DNA from: Alphaproteobacteria bacterium
GTDB taxonomy: Bacteria > Pseudomonadota > Alphaproteobacteria > MPNO01 > UBA830
Direction of reading: 5' to 3'
Assembly: GCA_965243135.1 (NCBI GenBank)
Contig: OZ251539.1
Location: 5,024,001 to 5,088,000 of the forward strand
DNA: 64,000 bases
The position numbers and the translations under genes were made by a program. Shown here piece after piece: positions 45,118 to 56,378 of the stretch. The notes under the pieces are model-generated. The model was not told the DNA's origin. It saw nothing but the letters and a program-made list of their open reading frames with translations, and did not search any database. Positions within the stretch are counted from its first letter, which is position 1; the number at the start of each line of letters is the position of its first letter.

Positions 45118-46224
45118 ATGCCCGGCGGCCCGCCATTTCATGCCGAACATATCGGGAGCCTGCTGCGGCCGAAATGGCTCATCGACGCCTTCCGCGAGCG
45201 CAAGGCCGGCAAGATCGGCGACGGGGACTTCGAACGGATCCGCGAGGACGCGATTCGCGACGCGGTCCGACTGCAGGAAGGCGCGGGGCTGCAGGTCGTG
45301 ACCGACGGCGAGTTTCGCCGCACCACCTACATCTCGCATTTCGTCGAGTCGTGCGACGGCCTGGATTTCCGCCCTTCCTCGTTCAGGTTCTACGATTCGG
45401 AGGGCGGAGACCACGAATTCCTGGCGCCTCGCTGCGTCGGCAAGGTCAGGCGGACGCGCGCCCTCTCGGCGGAAGAATTCGGATTTCTGGAAACGGTCAC
45501 CGACCGGACGATCAAATATACCTACCCGTCGCCCGCGACCATGCACTTTCTCGGCGGCGCGCCCGACCCGGATCCGGAGTTTTACGTCACCGAGGACGAG
45601 CTCTTCGCCGACATCGCGGCCGCCTACGATGCCGATATATCCGACCTCGCAAGCCGGGGAGCGCGTTACGTTACCCTGGACGACGTGCCGTTCCCGATGC
45701 TTTGCGACCCCGCCATCCGGGCGCGGGTGGAAAGAAGCGGCAAGGACCCCGAGCGGTTGATCGACCGGTACATCGACCTCACCAATGCGAGTTTCGCGAG
45801 CGCGCCGAAGGATATGACGGTCGGATTTCACATGTGCCGCGGCAACCTGAAGGGGACATGGCTTTCGGAAGGCAGCTACCAGGCGGTGTCGGAAAAGCTG
45901 TTCGGCCGCCTGAAGGTGGACGCGTTCTTTCTCGAATACGACACCGAACGGGCGGGCGGCTTCGAACCGCTTGCCGCCTTGCCCGAGGACAAGATGGCCG
46001 TTCTCGGCCTCGTCAGTTCGAAAGTTCCCGAACTGGAATCGAAGGATGCGCTCAAGTCGCGCATCCGCCAGGCCGCCGAGTACGTCGATCTCGACCGGCT
46101 CGCGCTGAGCCCCCAATGCGGATTTTCTTCGGCCGTGGTCGGCAATCCCGTGACGGTCGAGGATCAGATCGCCAAGCTCGGGCTCGTCGTCGAGACGGCG
46201 GCCGAAACGTGGGGCGAGGGGTAG
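45118..46224 (+). CDS. Cobalamin-independent methionine synthase II family (C-terminal MetE-like) protein
   Basis: HIGSLLRP, TDGEFRR, HMCRGN, LEYD and SPQCGF (Zn ligands). Confidence 0.88.
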   Translation: MPGGPPFHAEHIGSLLRPKWLIDAFRERKAGKIGDGDFERIREDAIRDAVRLQEGAGLQVVTDGEFRRTTYISHFVESCDGLDFRPSSFRFYDSEGGDHEFLAPRCVGKVRRTRALSAEEFGFLETVTDRTIKYTYPSPATMHFLGGAPDPDPEFYVTEDELFADIAAAYDADISDLASRGARYVTLDDVPFPMLCDPAIRARVERSGKDPERLIDRYIDLTNASFASAPKDMTVGFHMCRGNLKGTWLSEGSYQAVSEKLFGRLKVDAFFLEYDTERAGGFEPLAALPEDKMAVLGLVSSKVPELESKDALKSRIRQAAEYVDLDRLALSPQCGFSSAVVGNPVTVEDQIAKLGLVVETAAETWGEG

Positions 46225-46595
46225 GAGACGCCCGAAGGCGATGGAATCGACCGGTCTCGATTCGGCCGATGGGTGGACGCCTGCGGATTTTCGTCCTTCT
46301 CTCGCTTCCCGTCCCGCTCGGGACGCGGTTCGCCGAACGGAACCGTTCGGCGTTCCGCCGCCAGTCGGAGCGTTTCGAGCGGAAGCGGCGTCGCATTTGT
46401 CCCGACGACCGGACATGTGCTTGAAAAGTCTGCAAACGCGTCGCAAAGACACCCGCTCGGAGAAAGCGGCGACCGTAGACCTACAGGAGGCGGTCAGCTT
46501 GCGGCGCAGCGGTCTCGGCGACGAGGGTATAAAATGCTCTGGACGGCGAAACGCAGGCTCTCCGTGCCTCGGACGCTCGTGAGGAAGGCACCGGA

Positions 46596-48179
46596 ATGGC
46601 GCAAGGACGACCAGCGCACACGGACCCGGACAACGGCGGCTCCGCGACCGAGGCTCAGCTTTGGAAAATGTCCGACGCGCTGCGCGGCCCCATGGATGCC
46701 GCCGAATACAAGCATGTCGTTCTCGGTTTGATTTTTCTGAGGTGCATTTCCGCTGCCTTCGAAGAAATTCGCGCACGCTTGAAAAACGAACGAGCGCAGG
46801 GAACGGATCCGGAAGACCCGGACGAATATCGCGCAGAGAACGTATTCCGGGTTCCCGAGGAGGCCCGCTGGACCCACCTGCAGTCGCAAGCGCGACAACC
46901 CGACATCGGACAAATTGTCGACGCCGCCATGGCAAGCGTCGAACGCGATAACCCGGGGCTCAGGGACGCGTTGCCCAAGGGCTACGCCAGACCTGCGCTC
47001 GACAGGCAGCGCTTGGGGCAACTCATCGATCTTGTCGGGACGATAAGGGCAGGAAACGAAGAGGCGCGTTCCGAAGACGCGCTCGGTCGCGTCTACGAGT
47101 ATTTTCTCTCGCGCTTCGCGAGCGCAGAAGGAAAGAAAGGCGGAGAGTTCTACACTCCCCGGTGCGTCGTCAAGCTACTGGTCGAGATGCTGGAACCGCA
47201 TCAAGGCCGTGTGTACGATCCTTGCTGCGGATCGTCGGGCATGTTCGTGCGGTCGATTGAATTCATGCGCGCGCGCGCCGTCGACAACAGGGCAACGCCT
47301 TCGGCCGGAACCGACATCTCAATCTATGGTCAGGAGCTGGATCATGCGACATGGCGCCTGGCCCTGATGAACCTCGCCATCCGCGGCATTGCCGGGCGGA
47401 TCGAACGCGGCGACAGCTTTCACGATGATCGGCACCCCGACCTGAAAGCGGATTTCATCATTGCCGCTCCCCCGTTCAACGTCTCGGACTGGGGCGGCGA
47501 GCGCCTTGCGGACGACCGGAGATGGCGATACGGCGTGCCGCCTGGGGGGAATGCCAACTTCGCTTGGGTTCAGCATATAGTTCACCATCTGGCGCCCGGC
47601 GGAGCGGCGGGTTTCGTGCTCGCCAACGGCTCGATGTCCTCAAGTCAGGCGGCGGAGAGCCTGATCCGCAAAAACCTGATCGAGGCGGATATCGTGGACT
47701 GCATGGTCGCGTTGCCCGGCCAGCTATTCTACTCGACGCGGATTCCCGTATGCTTATGGTTTCTGCGGCGCGGACGAGGCGACGATGGGCGCGGTAGCCG
47801 AACGAGGCGAATCCTGTTCATCGACGCTCGCAAGCTCGGCCGCATGGTAAATGGCGCGAACTTCACCCGCCGCGAGTTGACGGACGAGGACATCGCCCGC
47901 ATCGCCGACACCTACCATGATTGGGCCAAAGCCTCGTCGACGGACTACGCCGACGTGCCCGGGTTCTGCAAAAGCGCGGATTTGAGCGAAGTGCGCGAGC
48001 GCGATTATTCGCTCGCGCCCGGACATTACGTCGATACGGACCCTGAAGAGCGAGACGGAGATCCTTTTGACGGCAAGATGAAACGATTGGTGGTTCAGCT
48101 CCGTGAACAACGGGCCGAGGCCAAGAAGCTGGATGCAATCATCGAGGGCAACCTGAAAGCCATGGGGTTCCGCCTCTGA
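46596..48179 (+). CDS. hsdM: Type I restriction-modification DNA methyltransferase subunit (motif IV altered)
   Basis: [35 protein letters not shown] and NFAWVQH; the expected NPPF reads APPF. Confidence 0.9.
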   Translation: MAQGRPAHTDPDNGGSATEAQLWKMSDALRGPMDAAEYKHVVLGLIFLRCISAAFEEIRARLKNERAQGTDPEDPDEYRAENVFRVPEEARWTHLQSQARQPDIGQIVDAAMASVERDNPGLRDALPKGYARPALDRQRLGQLIDLVGTIRAGNEEARSEDALGRVYEYFLSRFASAEGKKGGEFYTPRCVVKLLVEMLEPHQGRVYDPCCGSSGMFVRSIEFMRARAVDNRATPSAGTDISIYGQELDHATWRLALMNLAIRGIAGRIERGDSFHDDRHPDLKADFIIAAPPFNVSDWGGERLADDRRWRYGVPPGGNANFAWVQHIVHHLAPGGAAGFVLANGSMSSSQAAESLIRKNLIEADIVDCMVALPGQLFYSTRIPVCLWFLRRGRGDDGRGSRTRRILFIDARKLGRMVNGANFTRRELTDEDIARIADTYHDWAKASSTDYADVPGFCKSADLSEVRERDYSLAPGHYVDTDPEERDGDPFDGKMKRLVVQLREQRAEAKKLDAIIEGNLKAMGFRL

Positions 48180-48825
48180 AGAATTCCCGACGAATTTTCA
48201 GAGGTATGGAACGGCGAAATGCGTGTATGGAAGATTTGAGATAACGCTTGGGCATCGGCGAGAACGTCATGATAATTTTTGGACGATCGACGCCGGCATG
48301 CCGAAAACCCTCCAAGAAGCCGTCGCCGAATCCGGCGTCCGCCGTTTCGGAAAGGAGGCGACGGGAATGGCGGAAGTCGTCGCCTTCGCTTCGCATGCGG
48401 GTGCGCGGGACCGGCCAACGTTCCGTCGGGACCGCATTGCCGACGCCCCGACAGACATGCCGCCGACATGTCGTCGCTCAACCGTCAAGGCAGTGCGGCG
48501 TCCCGGATTTCCTCTTCGCGCCGGCCGCGATGACCGTCGTTGATCGCAACTCTCTGCGCGCGCCCCGCGACCATGAACGCCGGGGACTGTGCAGCCGGCG
48601 TTGCGCAAACCGACGCCGGCCGGTCAAGGGATGGCGCAGGGTCGAGACCTACGACGTAAATCGTTTCCGCGACTTGACCTCAGACATGTTTTTGCCCTAT
48701 TTTGCTGTCTTGTGCACGGAGTAAGGCGGCGTCGGTTCGGCAAAGGACGGAATTTTCTTGGGCTCGCCCATCAAGAGTCAGGAACCGTCCGGCTGAAAAT
48801 GCGAATCTCAGGGAACTCTTCGAAA

Positions 48826-49254
48826 ATGAACCTCGATTACTCGTCTCTCGAAAAAGCCGTATCCCAGTTAAGGAAGAGTTTCGAATACGTCCATTCGGAC
48901 CTAGCCAGGAATGATTCCGATCTGCGAGATCAATTCCGCGGCGCCACCGTTCAAGCGTTCGAGTGTAGTTACGAATTGGCGATCAAGATGATCCGGCGCC
49001 AGCTCGCGGGAATCGTCGCCAATCCCGATGAGCTGCGCGCATCGGATTTCGCCGACGTGATGCGGCAGGCGGCGGACGCGAAGATTATCCGGGACGCTCC
49101 GTCCTTCATGCGCTATCGCGAGCTGCGAAACCTGACTTCCCATACTTACAATGCCGATCAGGCCGAAGCGACGGTCGCCGCCGTGAATGATTTCCTGTCC
49201 GATATGGCTTTCCTTCTGGAGAATCTGGAGAAAAGAAATCGTGAGGCCTGTTGA
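48826..49254 (+). CDS. HEPN-domain protein, HI0074 nucleotidyltransferase substrate-binding family (toxin)
   Basis: QAFECSYEL and RNLTSHTY (R-x4-H) motifs. Confidence 0.85.
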   Translation: MNLDYSSLEKAVSQLRKSFEYVHSDLARNDSDLRDQFRGATVQAFECSYELAIKMIRRQLAGIVANPDELRASDFADVMRQAADAKIIRDAPSFMRYRELRNLTSHTYNADQAEATVAAVNDFLSDMAFLLENLEKRNREAC

Positions 49255-50338
49255 TATCGCCCCTGGAGATCTTGAAACGGTTCAACTCATTCTTCGCAAA
49301 CATGTGCCGGATTTCGAGGTGCGGGCATTTGGATCGCGCGTTTCCTGGACCGCTCGCGATACTTCGGATCTGGATCTGGCGATAATTTCCGACGAACCGT
49401 TGGAAATTGCGGCTTTGGCCGAAATAAGGGAAGATTTTATACAATCGAACCTCCCGTTTCCTGTAGATGTCGTGGATTGGTCCACCGCGTCCGACGGTTT
49501 CCGGAAAATCATTGAAAGCGATTCCGAAATTCTTCGCCCGGGCTGCAATGACAAAACCTTTATTGCAGAAACGTGCGCTTCTCTTAAGCGCAAGCTGGTA
49601 TTGAACCTACGGATGAACGGAACGCTCGAAGCGATATTGCGCACGGCGTTCAGCGACTGGTTTGTCGATTACGGCCCGGTCCGCGCAAAATCAAACGGCG
49701 AGTCGGCATATCTTCCCGCGCGGCTCTGGTCGCTTTTCCCGGATCGCTTTGAGGACTCTGAAATCGGAGAGGCGCCGGAGGAATGGCGGCTGAAGTCTAT
49801 AGCGACCGTTGCCGATTGCATTGACGGCATCGTCGATTCAAGCGAAGTCGACGAAGGTCTCCCGTATATTGGGCTTGAACATATGCCTCGCGATTCGATG
49901 TTTATCTCGGAATGGAAAAGCGCGGGAGAAGCGACAGGAACGAGATTGAAATGCAATGCCGGAGATTTTCTTTTTGGAAACCGGGAACCCGGTTTTCGTA
50001 ACTTTGGAATAGTTCTAGTCGATGGAACTTGTTCGGCGGATTTAGCAATTGTCGCGCCAAAAACGAATTATTTTGATGGAATGATGTCATCCCTCTTTTT
50101 GGCTCACAAATTGATCGAATTTACAGACGGAGAAGTCGCGATGGCGAAGGATTTGCGTGCAAATTGGGAATCGTTCTCTCGACGAGAAATTGCTGTCCCT
50201 ACGTCGTCTTTGATGGCCGAATTCGGCAAATTTGCGCAGCCAATACTAGACCTGATCGTTGCGAACGTTAGGGAATGCCATTTGTTGAATGAAGTTCTCC
50301 GCACGAGGACTTTTGAAATGCGAAGCGCCCTTTCTTGA
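49241..50338 (+). CDS. Minimal nucleotidyltransferase (MNT) fused to a partial type I specificity subunit HsdS
   Basis: AFGSRV...SDLDLAI...VDVVDW, then MNGTLEAI...FSDWFVDYGPVRAK...FPDRFEDSEIGEAPEEW...YIGLEHMP (HsdS linker plus one TRD). Confidence 0.8.
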   Translation: MRPVDIAPGDLETVQLILRKHVPDFEVRAFGSRVSWTARDTSDLDLAIISDEPLEIAALAEIREDFIQSNLPFPVDVVDWSTASDGFRKIIESDSEILRPGCNDKTFIAETCASLKRKLVLNLRMNGTLEAILRTAFSDWFVDYGPVRAKSNGESAYLPARLWSLFPDRFEDSEIGEAPEEWRLKSIATVADCIDGIVDSSEVDEGLPYIGLEHMPRDSMFISEWKSAGEATGTRLKCNAGDFLFGNREPGFRNFGIVLVDGTCSADLAIVAPKTNYFDGMMSSLFLAHKLIEFTDGEVAMAKDLRANWESFSRREIAVPTSSLMAEFGKFAQPILDLIVANVRECHLLNEVLRTRTFEMRSALS

Positions 50339-50682
50339 TTCCGCTTGGAGCGGCGTATTTTTTGCGTATCGGCGAGAGCCAAGTCGGCGTGCCCGCCGAC
50401 TCTGAAAGCCCGGCGCGCCTCTGCGGCAAACGGCGGGCGCGGAGTCTCCCAACTCACCGACCGCCGCCGGCCGTCCGCCTGCGCCCGCCTACGAGTTTGA
50501 CACGCCGGCCGGGTTCGGGAAATCTCTTCGTGAACTCGTCACGGCTTCCCGTCACGAATATGCCTGTCAGTGCGCCTTGGCGCGGGCGTCGAGAACGCGG
50601 CCGTTCAGCGCGCGACTGCGCTGGGGCCGGTCCCGAAGCGCGGCGGAGACCGCGAGCCTGCCGCGTTGCGCCGCGGCGAATC

Positions 50683-51672
50683 CTATTCCATCAGCAAAAC
50701 CGACTTGCCGACGATCTTTCGGTCCTCGAGCGTCCGGATGCCGTCCATGTACCGGTCGAAAGGCAGCCGGTTCGTCACGTTGGGGTCGATCTTGCCGGCG
50801 CGGAGAAGGTCGTACAGCGCCTCCTGCGCTTCGCCCACCAGAGGCGACGCGCCCTTGATGTAATAGTTCACGGTCGAACCCATGATCGAAATGTTCTTGA
50901 GCAGCAGATAGTTGGTCCTGACCGATGGGATGACGCCCGAAGTGAACCCGGAAACCACCACGCGCCCTTCGCTGGCGATGGCGCGAAGCGTCGCGTCGAA
51001 CACCGCGCCGCCGACCAGATCGAAAGCGAGGTCGACGCCGTGGCCGTCCGTGGCCGCCATCGCCTGCGCGCGCAGGCCGTCCTTGAGATCCTCGACCGAC
51101 AGGTCGATCACCGCATCCGCGCCCGCCTTCGTTACCGCGCCGGCCTTGGACGGCGTGGTGAGCCCGGCGAGGACGATGCGCGCGCCGAGCGCGCGGGCGA
51201 CGTTGATCGAGGCGAGCCCGACGCCGCCCGACGCGCCGTTGACCAGAACCACGTCGCCGGCTGTCATGCCGCCGCGCCGGGTCAACGAAAGGTAAGCCGT
51301 AAGATAGGCGAGGCCCATGCCCGCAGCCGCGTCGAAGCCGACGTCGTCCGGAACCGGGAAGGCCAGCGCGGCCGGACACGCGACCTTTTCGGCCATGGCG
51401 CCGTGGATCACGTGCGCGATGACACGGTCGCCGACCCGGTGCCGGGTCACGCCGTCTCCGACCGCCGAGACGACGCCGGCCGCGTCCTTCCCCGGGGTGA
51501 ACGGCGCCGGCGGGTTGTTCTGGTACTTGCCGTCGAGCGACAGCAGGTCGGTGAAATTGACGCCGCAGGCCCGCACGTCTACGATGACCTCTCCTTCCCT
51601 CGCCACGGGGTCCGGAACTTCGTCGATCCCGACATCCCGGTTTTCGGTGTTTCTTATGACGACGGCACGCAT
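50683..51672 (-). CDS. NADPH:quinone oxidoreductase (zeta-crystallin/MDR family)
   Basis: GVNFTD...GKYQ..P..PFTPG, GASGGVG and GKSVL motifs. Confidence 0.9.
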   Translation of the reverse strand: MRAVVIRNTENRDVGIDEVPDPVAREGEVIVDVRACGVNFTDLLSLDGKYQNNPPAPFTPGKDAAGVVSAVGDGVTRHRVGDRVIAHVIHGAMAEKVACPAALAFPVPDDVGFDAAAGMGLAYLTAYLSLTRRGGMTAGDVVLVNGASGGVGLASINVARALGARIVLAGLTTPSKAGAVTKAGADAVIDLSVEDLKDGLRAQAMAATDGHGVDLAFDLVGGAVFDATLRAIASEGRVVVSGFTSGVIPSVRTNYLLLKNISIMGSTVNYYIKGASPLVGEAQEALYDLLRAGKIDPNVTNRLPFDRYMDGIRTLEDRKIVGKSVLLME

Positions 51673-51851
51673 CTTTTCTCCTTCCGCTTCGTCAAGGCCC
51701 GCTCGGGGAATCCGCGGGCGCTGCTGGGCCTCGACGCCCAGCGGCGACGGCCGGCGGCAGGATAGGGCATGAACGGCGCGGCGACTATCCCCGGCCGGCG
51801 CGGCGAAGTTCCCGTCGCGGCGGCGGCGCGCCGATTGCGGAAACGGACGGC

Positions 51852-52733
51852 GTGAGCGGCGTCGTCGGCGATATCGTCTGGCGCCGGGTCGTCGAATCGG
51901 AAGGCCCGGAATTCGAGGTCGGCTTCCTGTTGCCCGACGCGGTCCCGGCCGCGGTGGACCCGCATCGCGAATGGATGGAGCCGCACTTCCTCGAACCCGG
52001 CACCGGCCGCCTGGTCATGGCGATCCAGTCCTACGTTCTGAAGACGCGGCATCACACGATCCTGATCGACTCCTGCGTCGGCAACGACAAGGAGCGCCGT
52101 TTCTACCCGCCATGGTCGGGGCGCACGGGCGGCGGATACCTTGAAGGGCTCGCGGCCGTCGGGGTCGTCCCGGAAGACGTGGATTTCGTCATGTGCACGC
52201 ATCTGCACGCCGACCACGTGGGCTGGAACACGCGGCTGGTGGACGGACGCTGGACGCCGACCTTTCCCAATGCGCGATACGTCTTCGCGAAGCCCGAGTT
52301 CGACTTCTGGTCCGATCTCAACAGGAAAGGCAAGAAATACTCCGACGGTTGCATCGACGACAGCGTGCTGCCGGTGGTGGAAGCCGGCCAAGCGGAAATC
52401 GTCCCGGAAAACTACGCGTTCAACGACGAGATCTGGTTCGAACCGAGTCCCGGACATACGCCCGGCCACGTGTGCATCCGGCTTCGCTCGCGCGGCGCCG
52501 AGGCGGTGATTTCCGGCGATGTCGTCCATACCCCGTTGCAGTGCCGCGAACCCGGGTGGAGCGCCGTCGGCTGCGCGGACCGCGTCCGGTCGGCCGCGAC
52601 CCGAAAGTCGTTCCTCGATCGCTATTGCGAAACCGGCACGCTCGTGATGACGGGGCATTTCCCGTCTCCTTCGGTCGGTTTCGTGCGGCGCCGCGAGGAC
52701 GCGTTCGACTTCGCGTTGGCGGCCCCGTCGTGA
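51852..52733 (+). CDS. MBL-fold metallo-hydrolase
   Basis: THLHADHVGWN, PGHTPGH, SGDVVH and GHF motifs. Confidence 0.9.
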   Translation: MSGVVGDIVWRRVVESEGPEFEVGFLLPDAVPAAVDPHREWMEPHFLEPGTGRLVMAIQSYVLKTRHHTILIDSCVGNDKERRFYPPWSGRTGGGYLEGLAAVGVVPEDVDFVMCTHLHADHVGWNTRLVDGRWTPTFPNARYVFAKPEFDFWSDLNRKGKKYSDGCIDDSVLPVVEAGQAEIVPENYAFNDEIWFEPSPGHTPGHVCIRLRSRGAEAVISGDVVHTPLQCREPGWSAVGCADRVRSAATRKSFLDRYCETGTLVMTGHFPSPSVGFVRRREDAFDFALAAPS

Positions 52734-52845
52734 ACCGGTCGCCCGAAAACGGCGCGTGGAGGGGCGGCGCCGACCGTCCGCCGTCGTCGCGGCGGCCCGT
52801 CGTCGCCCTTCGGCGCGCGATGCCCGCCGGACGCGAGCCCGCGCC

Positions 52846-53595
52846 GTGACGGCGGTCTTCGAACCGGGGAGCTACCGCTACGCGCCGGGTCCCTTCCAGT
52901 ACTCGGCCGGCGTCGCCGCCGAGCCGGGTTTCACGATCGAGCGCGCGCGGTTCTCCGAGCCGGTCCCTCTCGAAGAAGGCTTCCGGGCCGTCGAACGCCT
53001 GCTGGCCGCGGCCGGACGGCCGCTGACGGCGTTCTGCGCCTGCGAGCTTCGCTCGCCCGCGCCGTTCACGGAACGGGGTTTCGCCGAATTCAACCGCGTC
53101 TATGCGGAAACCCTGGCGCGCTGGGGCCTCCTCGCGGACGGGAACAATCCCGTCGCAAGGTCCAACGTCTGTCCGGAGATCGACCCTCCGCCGACCCCCA
53201 GCTTTCATGCGTTTTGCTACACGGTTCCGGCTTCCGGCGGCGTCCCGGGGTTCGTCGTGGCGGGCTCGGCGGAAGCGCCGGAAGGCCGCGGCAACTACCG
53301 CGACCACATCGTCCGCCGCGGCGAGACCGCGCCCGGCGCCCTGCGCGAGAAGGCGCGTTTCGTCCTGAACGCGATGGAGACGCGCATGGAGGCGCTGAAG
53401 GTCGGCTGGCGGCACGCGACGGCGACCCAAGTCTATACCGTGCACGACGTTTATCCGTTCCTCGCCGACGATATCCTCGCCCGCGGCGCGGCGGTCGGCG
53501 GCCTCGTCTGGCATTACGCCCGTCCGCCGGTCGAAGGCCTCGAATACGAAATGGACGTCCGCGGCGTGCCGGTCGAACGGGTCGTCCGCCCGTAG
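52846..53595 (+). CDS. CnbZ-like (2-amino-5-chloromuconate deaminase family) protein
   Basis: [32 protein letters not shown] and [14 protein letters not shown] motifs; GTG start inferred. Confidence 0.7.
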   Translation: MTAVFEPGSYRYAPGPFQYSAGVAAEPGFTIERARFSEPVPLEEGFRAVERLLAAAGRPLTAFCACELRSPAPFTERGFAEFNRVYAETLARWGLLADGNNPVARSNVCPEIDPPPTPSFHAFCYTVPASGGVPGFVVAGSAEAPEGRGNYRDHIVRRGETAPGALREKARFVLNAMETRMEALKVGWRHATATQVYTVHDVYPFLADDILARGAAVGGLVWHYARPPVEGLEYEMDVRGVPVERVVRP

Positions 53596-53743
53596 GCGTT
53601 TCCCCGCTCCGCCGGCCGCCGCTCCTTGCAATCGTTCCTCCTCTCCCCATATCTGCCGCGGGCGCCGCGACGCGGGCCCGCGGAAGGAGCCTGCCGGTCG
53701 TCGGGGGCGAAGGTCGCAATGTCTGAATAGGGAGTTGCGGACG

Positions 53744-56323
53744 ATGGATTTCGACTCGTACACAGAGAGAACTCTCGGGTTCATCCAGGCGGCGCGAGCG
53801 GCGGCTGCCGCGAACGGTCACCAGCACATTCGCCCCGAGCACCTTCTCAAGGTTCTTCTCGACGACGAGGAAGGCCTCGCTGCGGGCCTCGTTTCCGCCG
53901 CGGGCGGCCACCCCGGGACAGCGCGCGCTCGGATCGACGCTTCCGTCGCCGGCCTGCCGAAAGTCGAGGGCGGAACGCAGGGGCAGTTCGCGCCCGAGAC
54001 GGCGCGTTTGTTCGAAAGCGCCGAAGAAATTTCCCGCAAGGCCGGAGACCGGTACGTGACCGTGGAACGCCTGTTGCTGGCGCTGGCGATGGCCGCCGGC
54101 ACGCCGGCCGCGGAGGCGCTGTCCGCCGCTGGCGTGACGCCGCAGTCCCTGAACCGGGCCATAGACGACATGCGCAAGGGACGCAGCGCGGACAGCGCCA
54201 CCGCGGAGAATTCTTACGACGCGCTGAAAAAATACGCCGTCGACCTCACCGAAAGGGCCGCCGGCGCCAAGGTCGATCCGGTGATCGGACGCGACGAGGA
54301 AATCCGTAGGACCGTGCAGGTTCTGTCCCGCCGCACCAAGAACAACCCGGTGTTGATCGGGGAGCCCGGCGTCGGCAAGACCGCCATCGCGGAAGGCTTG
54401 GCGCAGCGCATCGTGAACGGCGACGTGCCGGAGAGCCTGCGCCGCAAGCGGTTGATGGCGCTCGATCTGGGCGCGCTCCTGGCGGGCGCCAAGTTCCGCG
54501 GGGACTTCGAGGAGCGGCTCAAGGCGGTTCTGCAGGAAATCCAGGCCGAAGAGGGCCGGATCGTCCTATTCATCGACGAATTGCATACGCTCGTCGGCGC
54601 GGGGGCGACGAGCGGAACGATGGACGCCTCGAACATGCTCAAGCCGGCTCTGGCGCGAGGCGAACTGCACTGCATCGGCGCGACCACGCTCGACGAGTAT
54701 CGCAACCACGTCGAAGCGGACGCCGCCCTCGCCCGGCGGTTTCAGCCGGTGTTCGTGTCCGAGCCGACGGTGGAGGAAACGATCTCGATTCTGCGCGGCC
54801 TGAAGGAGAAATACGAGGTCCATCACGGCGTGCGAATCACCGACGGCGCGATCGTGGGAGCGGCGACGCTGTCCGACCGCTACATCTCCGACCGCTTCCT
54901 TCCCGACAAGGCGATCGATCTGGTGGACGAGGCGTCCGCGCGCCTGCGCATGGAAATCGATTCCAAACCCGAGGAAATCGACGAGCTCGACCGCCGGATC
55001 ATCCAGATCAAGATCGAACGCGAAGCGCTGAAGAAGGAAACCGACGCGGCGTCGCGGGACCGGCTGGAGCGGCAGGAGAAGGAACTCGCGGAACTGGAGG
55101 CGAAGGCGGCGGATCTGACGCGCGTCTGGAAAGAGGAAAAGGAGCAGATCTCCGACGCGCGGCAACTCAAGGAAAAACTGGAAGAGGCGCGCATCGAGCT
55201 GGGGCAATCCCAGCGCGAGGGAAATCTGGCGCGCGCCGGGGAACTCGCCTACAGCATCATCCCCGAACTGGAGAAAAAGCTGGAAAGCGCGGCCGGAAGC
55301 CAGGGGCGCATGCTCGACGAGGAGGTCTCGGACAGCGATATCGCCGCCGTCGTTTCCCGATGGACCGGCGTCCCGGTCGAAAGAATGCTGCAAGGAGAAC
55401 GCGAGAAACTGCTGCGCATGGAAAGCGTTCTCGGCCGGCGCGTGATCGGTCAGGACGAGGCGATCCGGGCGGTCAGCAACGCGGTGCGCCGTTCCCGGGC
55501 CGGCCTGCAGGACCCCGGTCGCCCGCTCGGCTCCTTCCTGTTCCTCGGTCCCACCGGTGTCGGCAAGACCGAGTTGTCGAGAGCGCTCGCGTCTTTCCTG
55601 TTCGACGACGAAGCGGCGATGTTCCGGCTCGACATGTCCGAGTACATGGAGCGGCACGCCGTCTCGAGGATGATCGGGGCGCCGCCCGGCTACGTCGGTC
55701 ACGACGAGGGCGGAGCGCTTGCCGAGGCGGTGCGGCGCCGCCCCTACCAGGTGATCCTGTTCGACGAAATCGAAAAGGCCCATCCGGACGTCCTGAACAT
55801 CCTCCTTCAAGTCCTCGACGACGGACGCCTCACCGACAGCCACGGACGCGTCGTGGACTTCCGCAACGCGCTGATCGTCATGACCTCCAATCTCGGAAGC
55901 GAAATACTGGCGGCCCGCCCCGACGGCGCGGACGAGGTCAGGGACGCGGTGATGGAAGCCGTGCGCGCTTCCTTCCGTCCGGAATTCCTTAACCGGCTCG
56001 ACGAGATTTTGCTGTTCCGCCGTCTCGAGCGCGAGCACATGTCCGGCATCGTGGAAGTCCAGCTCGCGCGCCTGCGCCGGACGCTGGCCGACCGCGAGAT
56101 TGCGCTGGAGGTCGACGGGTCGGCGGTGGAATGGCTGGCGGACCGGGGCTACGATCCGGCCTACGGAGCGCGGCCGCTCAAACGCGTGATCCAGAACGAA
56201 CTTCAGGACGCGCTCGCGACGATGCTGCTCGAAGGCCGAATCGAGGGCGGCGACGCCGTGCGGGCGACCGCCGGTGCCGGCGGACTCGTCATCTCCGGAC
56301 CCGCGGCGCGGGCCGCGGCGTAG
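53744..56323 (+). CDS. clpB: ATP-dependent disaggregase ClpB
   Basis: Two AAA+ modules (GEPGVGKT; GPTGVGKT), a coiled-coil middle domain and YGARPLKR. Confidence 0.95.
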   Translation: MDFDSYTERTLGFIQAARAAAAANGHQHIRPEHLLKVLLDDEEGLAAGLVSAAGGHPGTARARIDASVAGLPKVEGGTQGQFAPETARLFESAEEISRKAGDRYVTVERLLLALAMAAGTPAAEALSAAGVTPQSLNRAIDDMRKGRSADSATAENSYDALKKYAVDLTERAAGAKVDPVIGRDEEIRRTVQVLSRRTKNNPVLIGEPGVGKTAIAEGLAQRIVNGDVPESLRRKRLMALDLGALLAGAKFRGDFEERLKAVLQEIQAEEGRIVLFIDELHTLVGAGATSGTMDASNMLKPALARGELHCIGATTLDEYRNHVEADAALARRFQPVFVSEPTVEETISILRGLKEKYEVHHGVRITDGAIVGAATLSDRYISDRFLPDKAIDLVDEASARLRMEIDSKPEEIDELDRRIIQIKIEREALKKETDAASRDRLERQEKELAELEAKAADLTRVWKEEKEQISDARQLKEKLEEARIELGQSQREGNLARAGELAYSIIPELEKKLESAAGSQGRMLDEEVSDSDIAAVVSRWTGVPVERMLQGEREKLLRMESVLGRRVIGQDEAIRAVSNAVRRSRAGLQDPGRPLGSFLFLGPTGVGKTELSRALASFLFDDEAAMFRLDMSEYMERHAVSRMIGAPPGYVGHDEGGALAEAVRRRPYQVILFDEIEKAHPDVLNILLQVLDDGRLTDSHGRVVDFRNALIVMTSNLGSEILAARPDGADEVRDAVMEAVRASFRPEFLNRLDEILLFRRLEREHMSGIVEVQLARLRRTLADREIALEVDGSAVEWLADRGYDPAYGARPLKRVIQNELQDALATMLLEGRIEGGDAVRATAGAGGLVISGPAARAAA

Positions 56324-56378
56324 CCGGCGGGAGAAGCGGAACGCCGGGGAGGAAAACGGAGGCGCGGTCCGGGGACGC

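Noticed and set aside
48180-48800. Possible IS1595 start (MPKTLQEAV) and short CAGACATG-like repeats between hsdM and HEPN
   Set aside because: The similarity is limited to a few residues; no IRs or further motifs were found.
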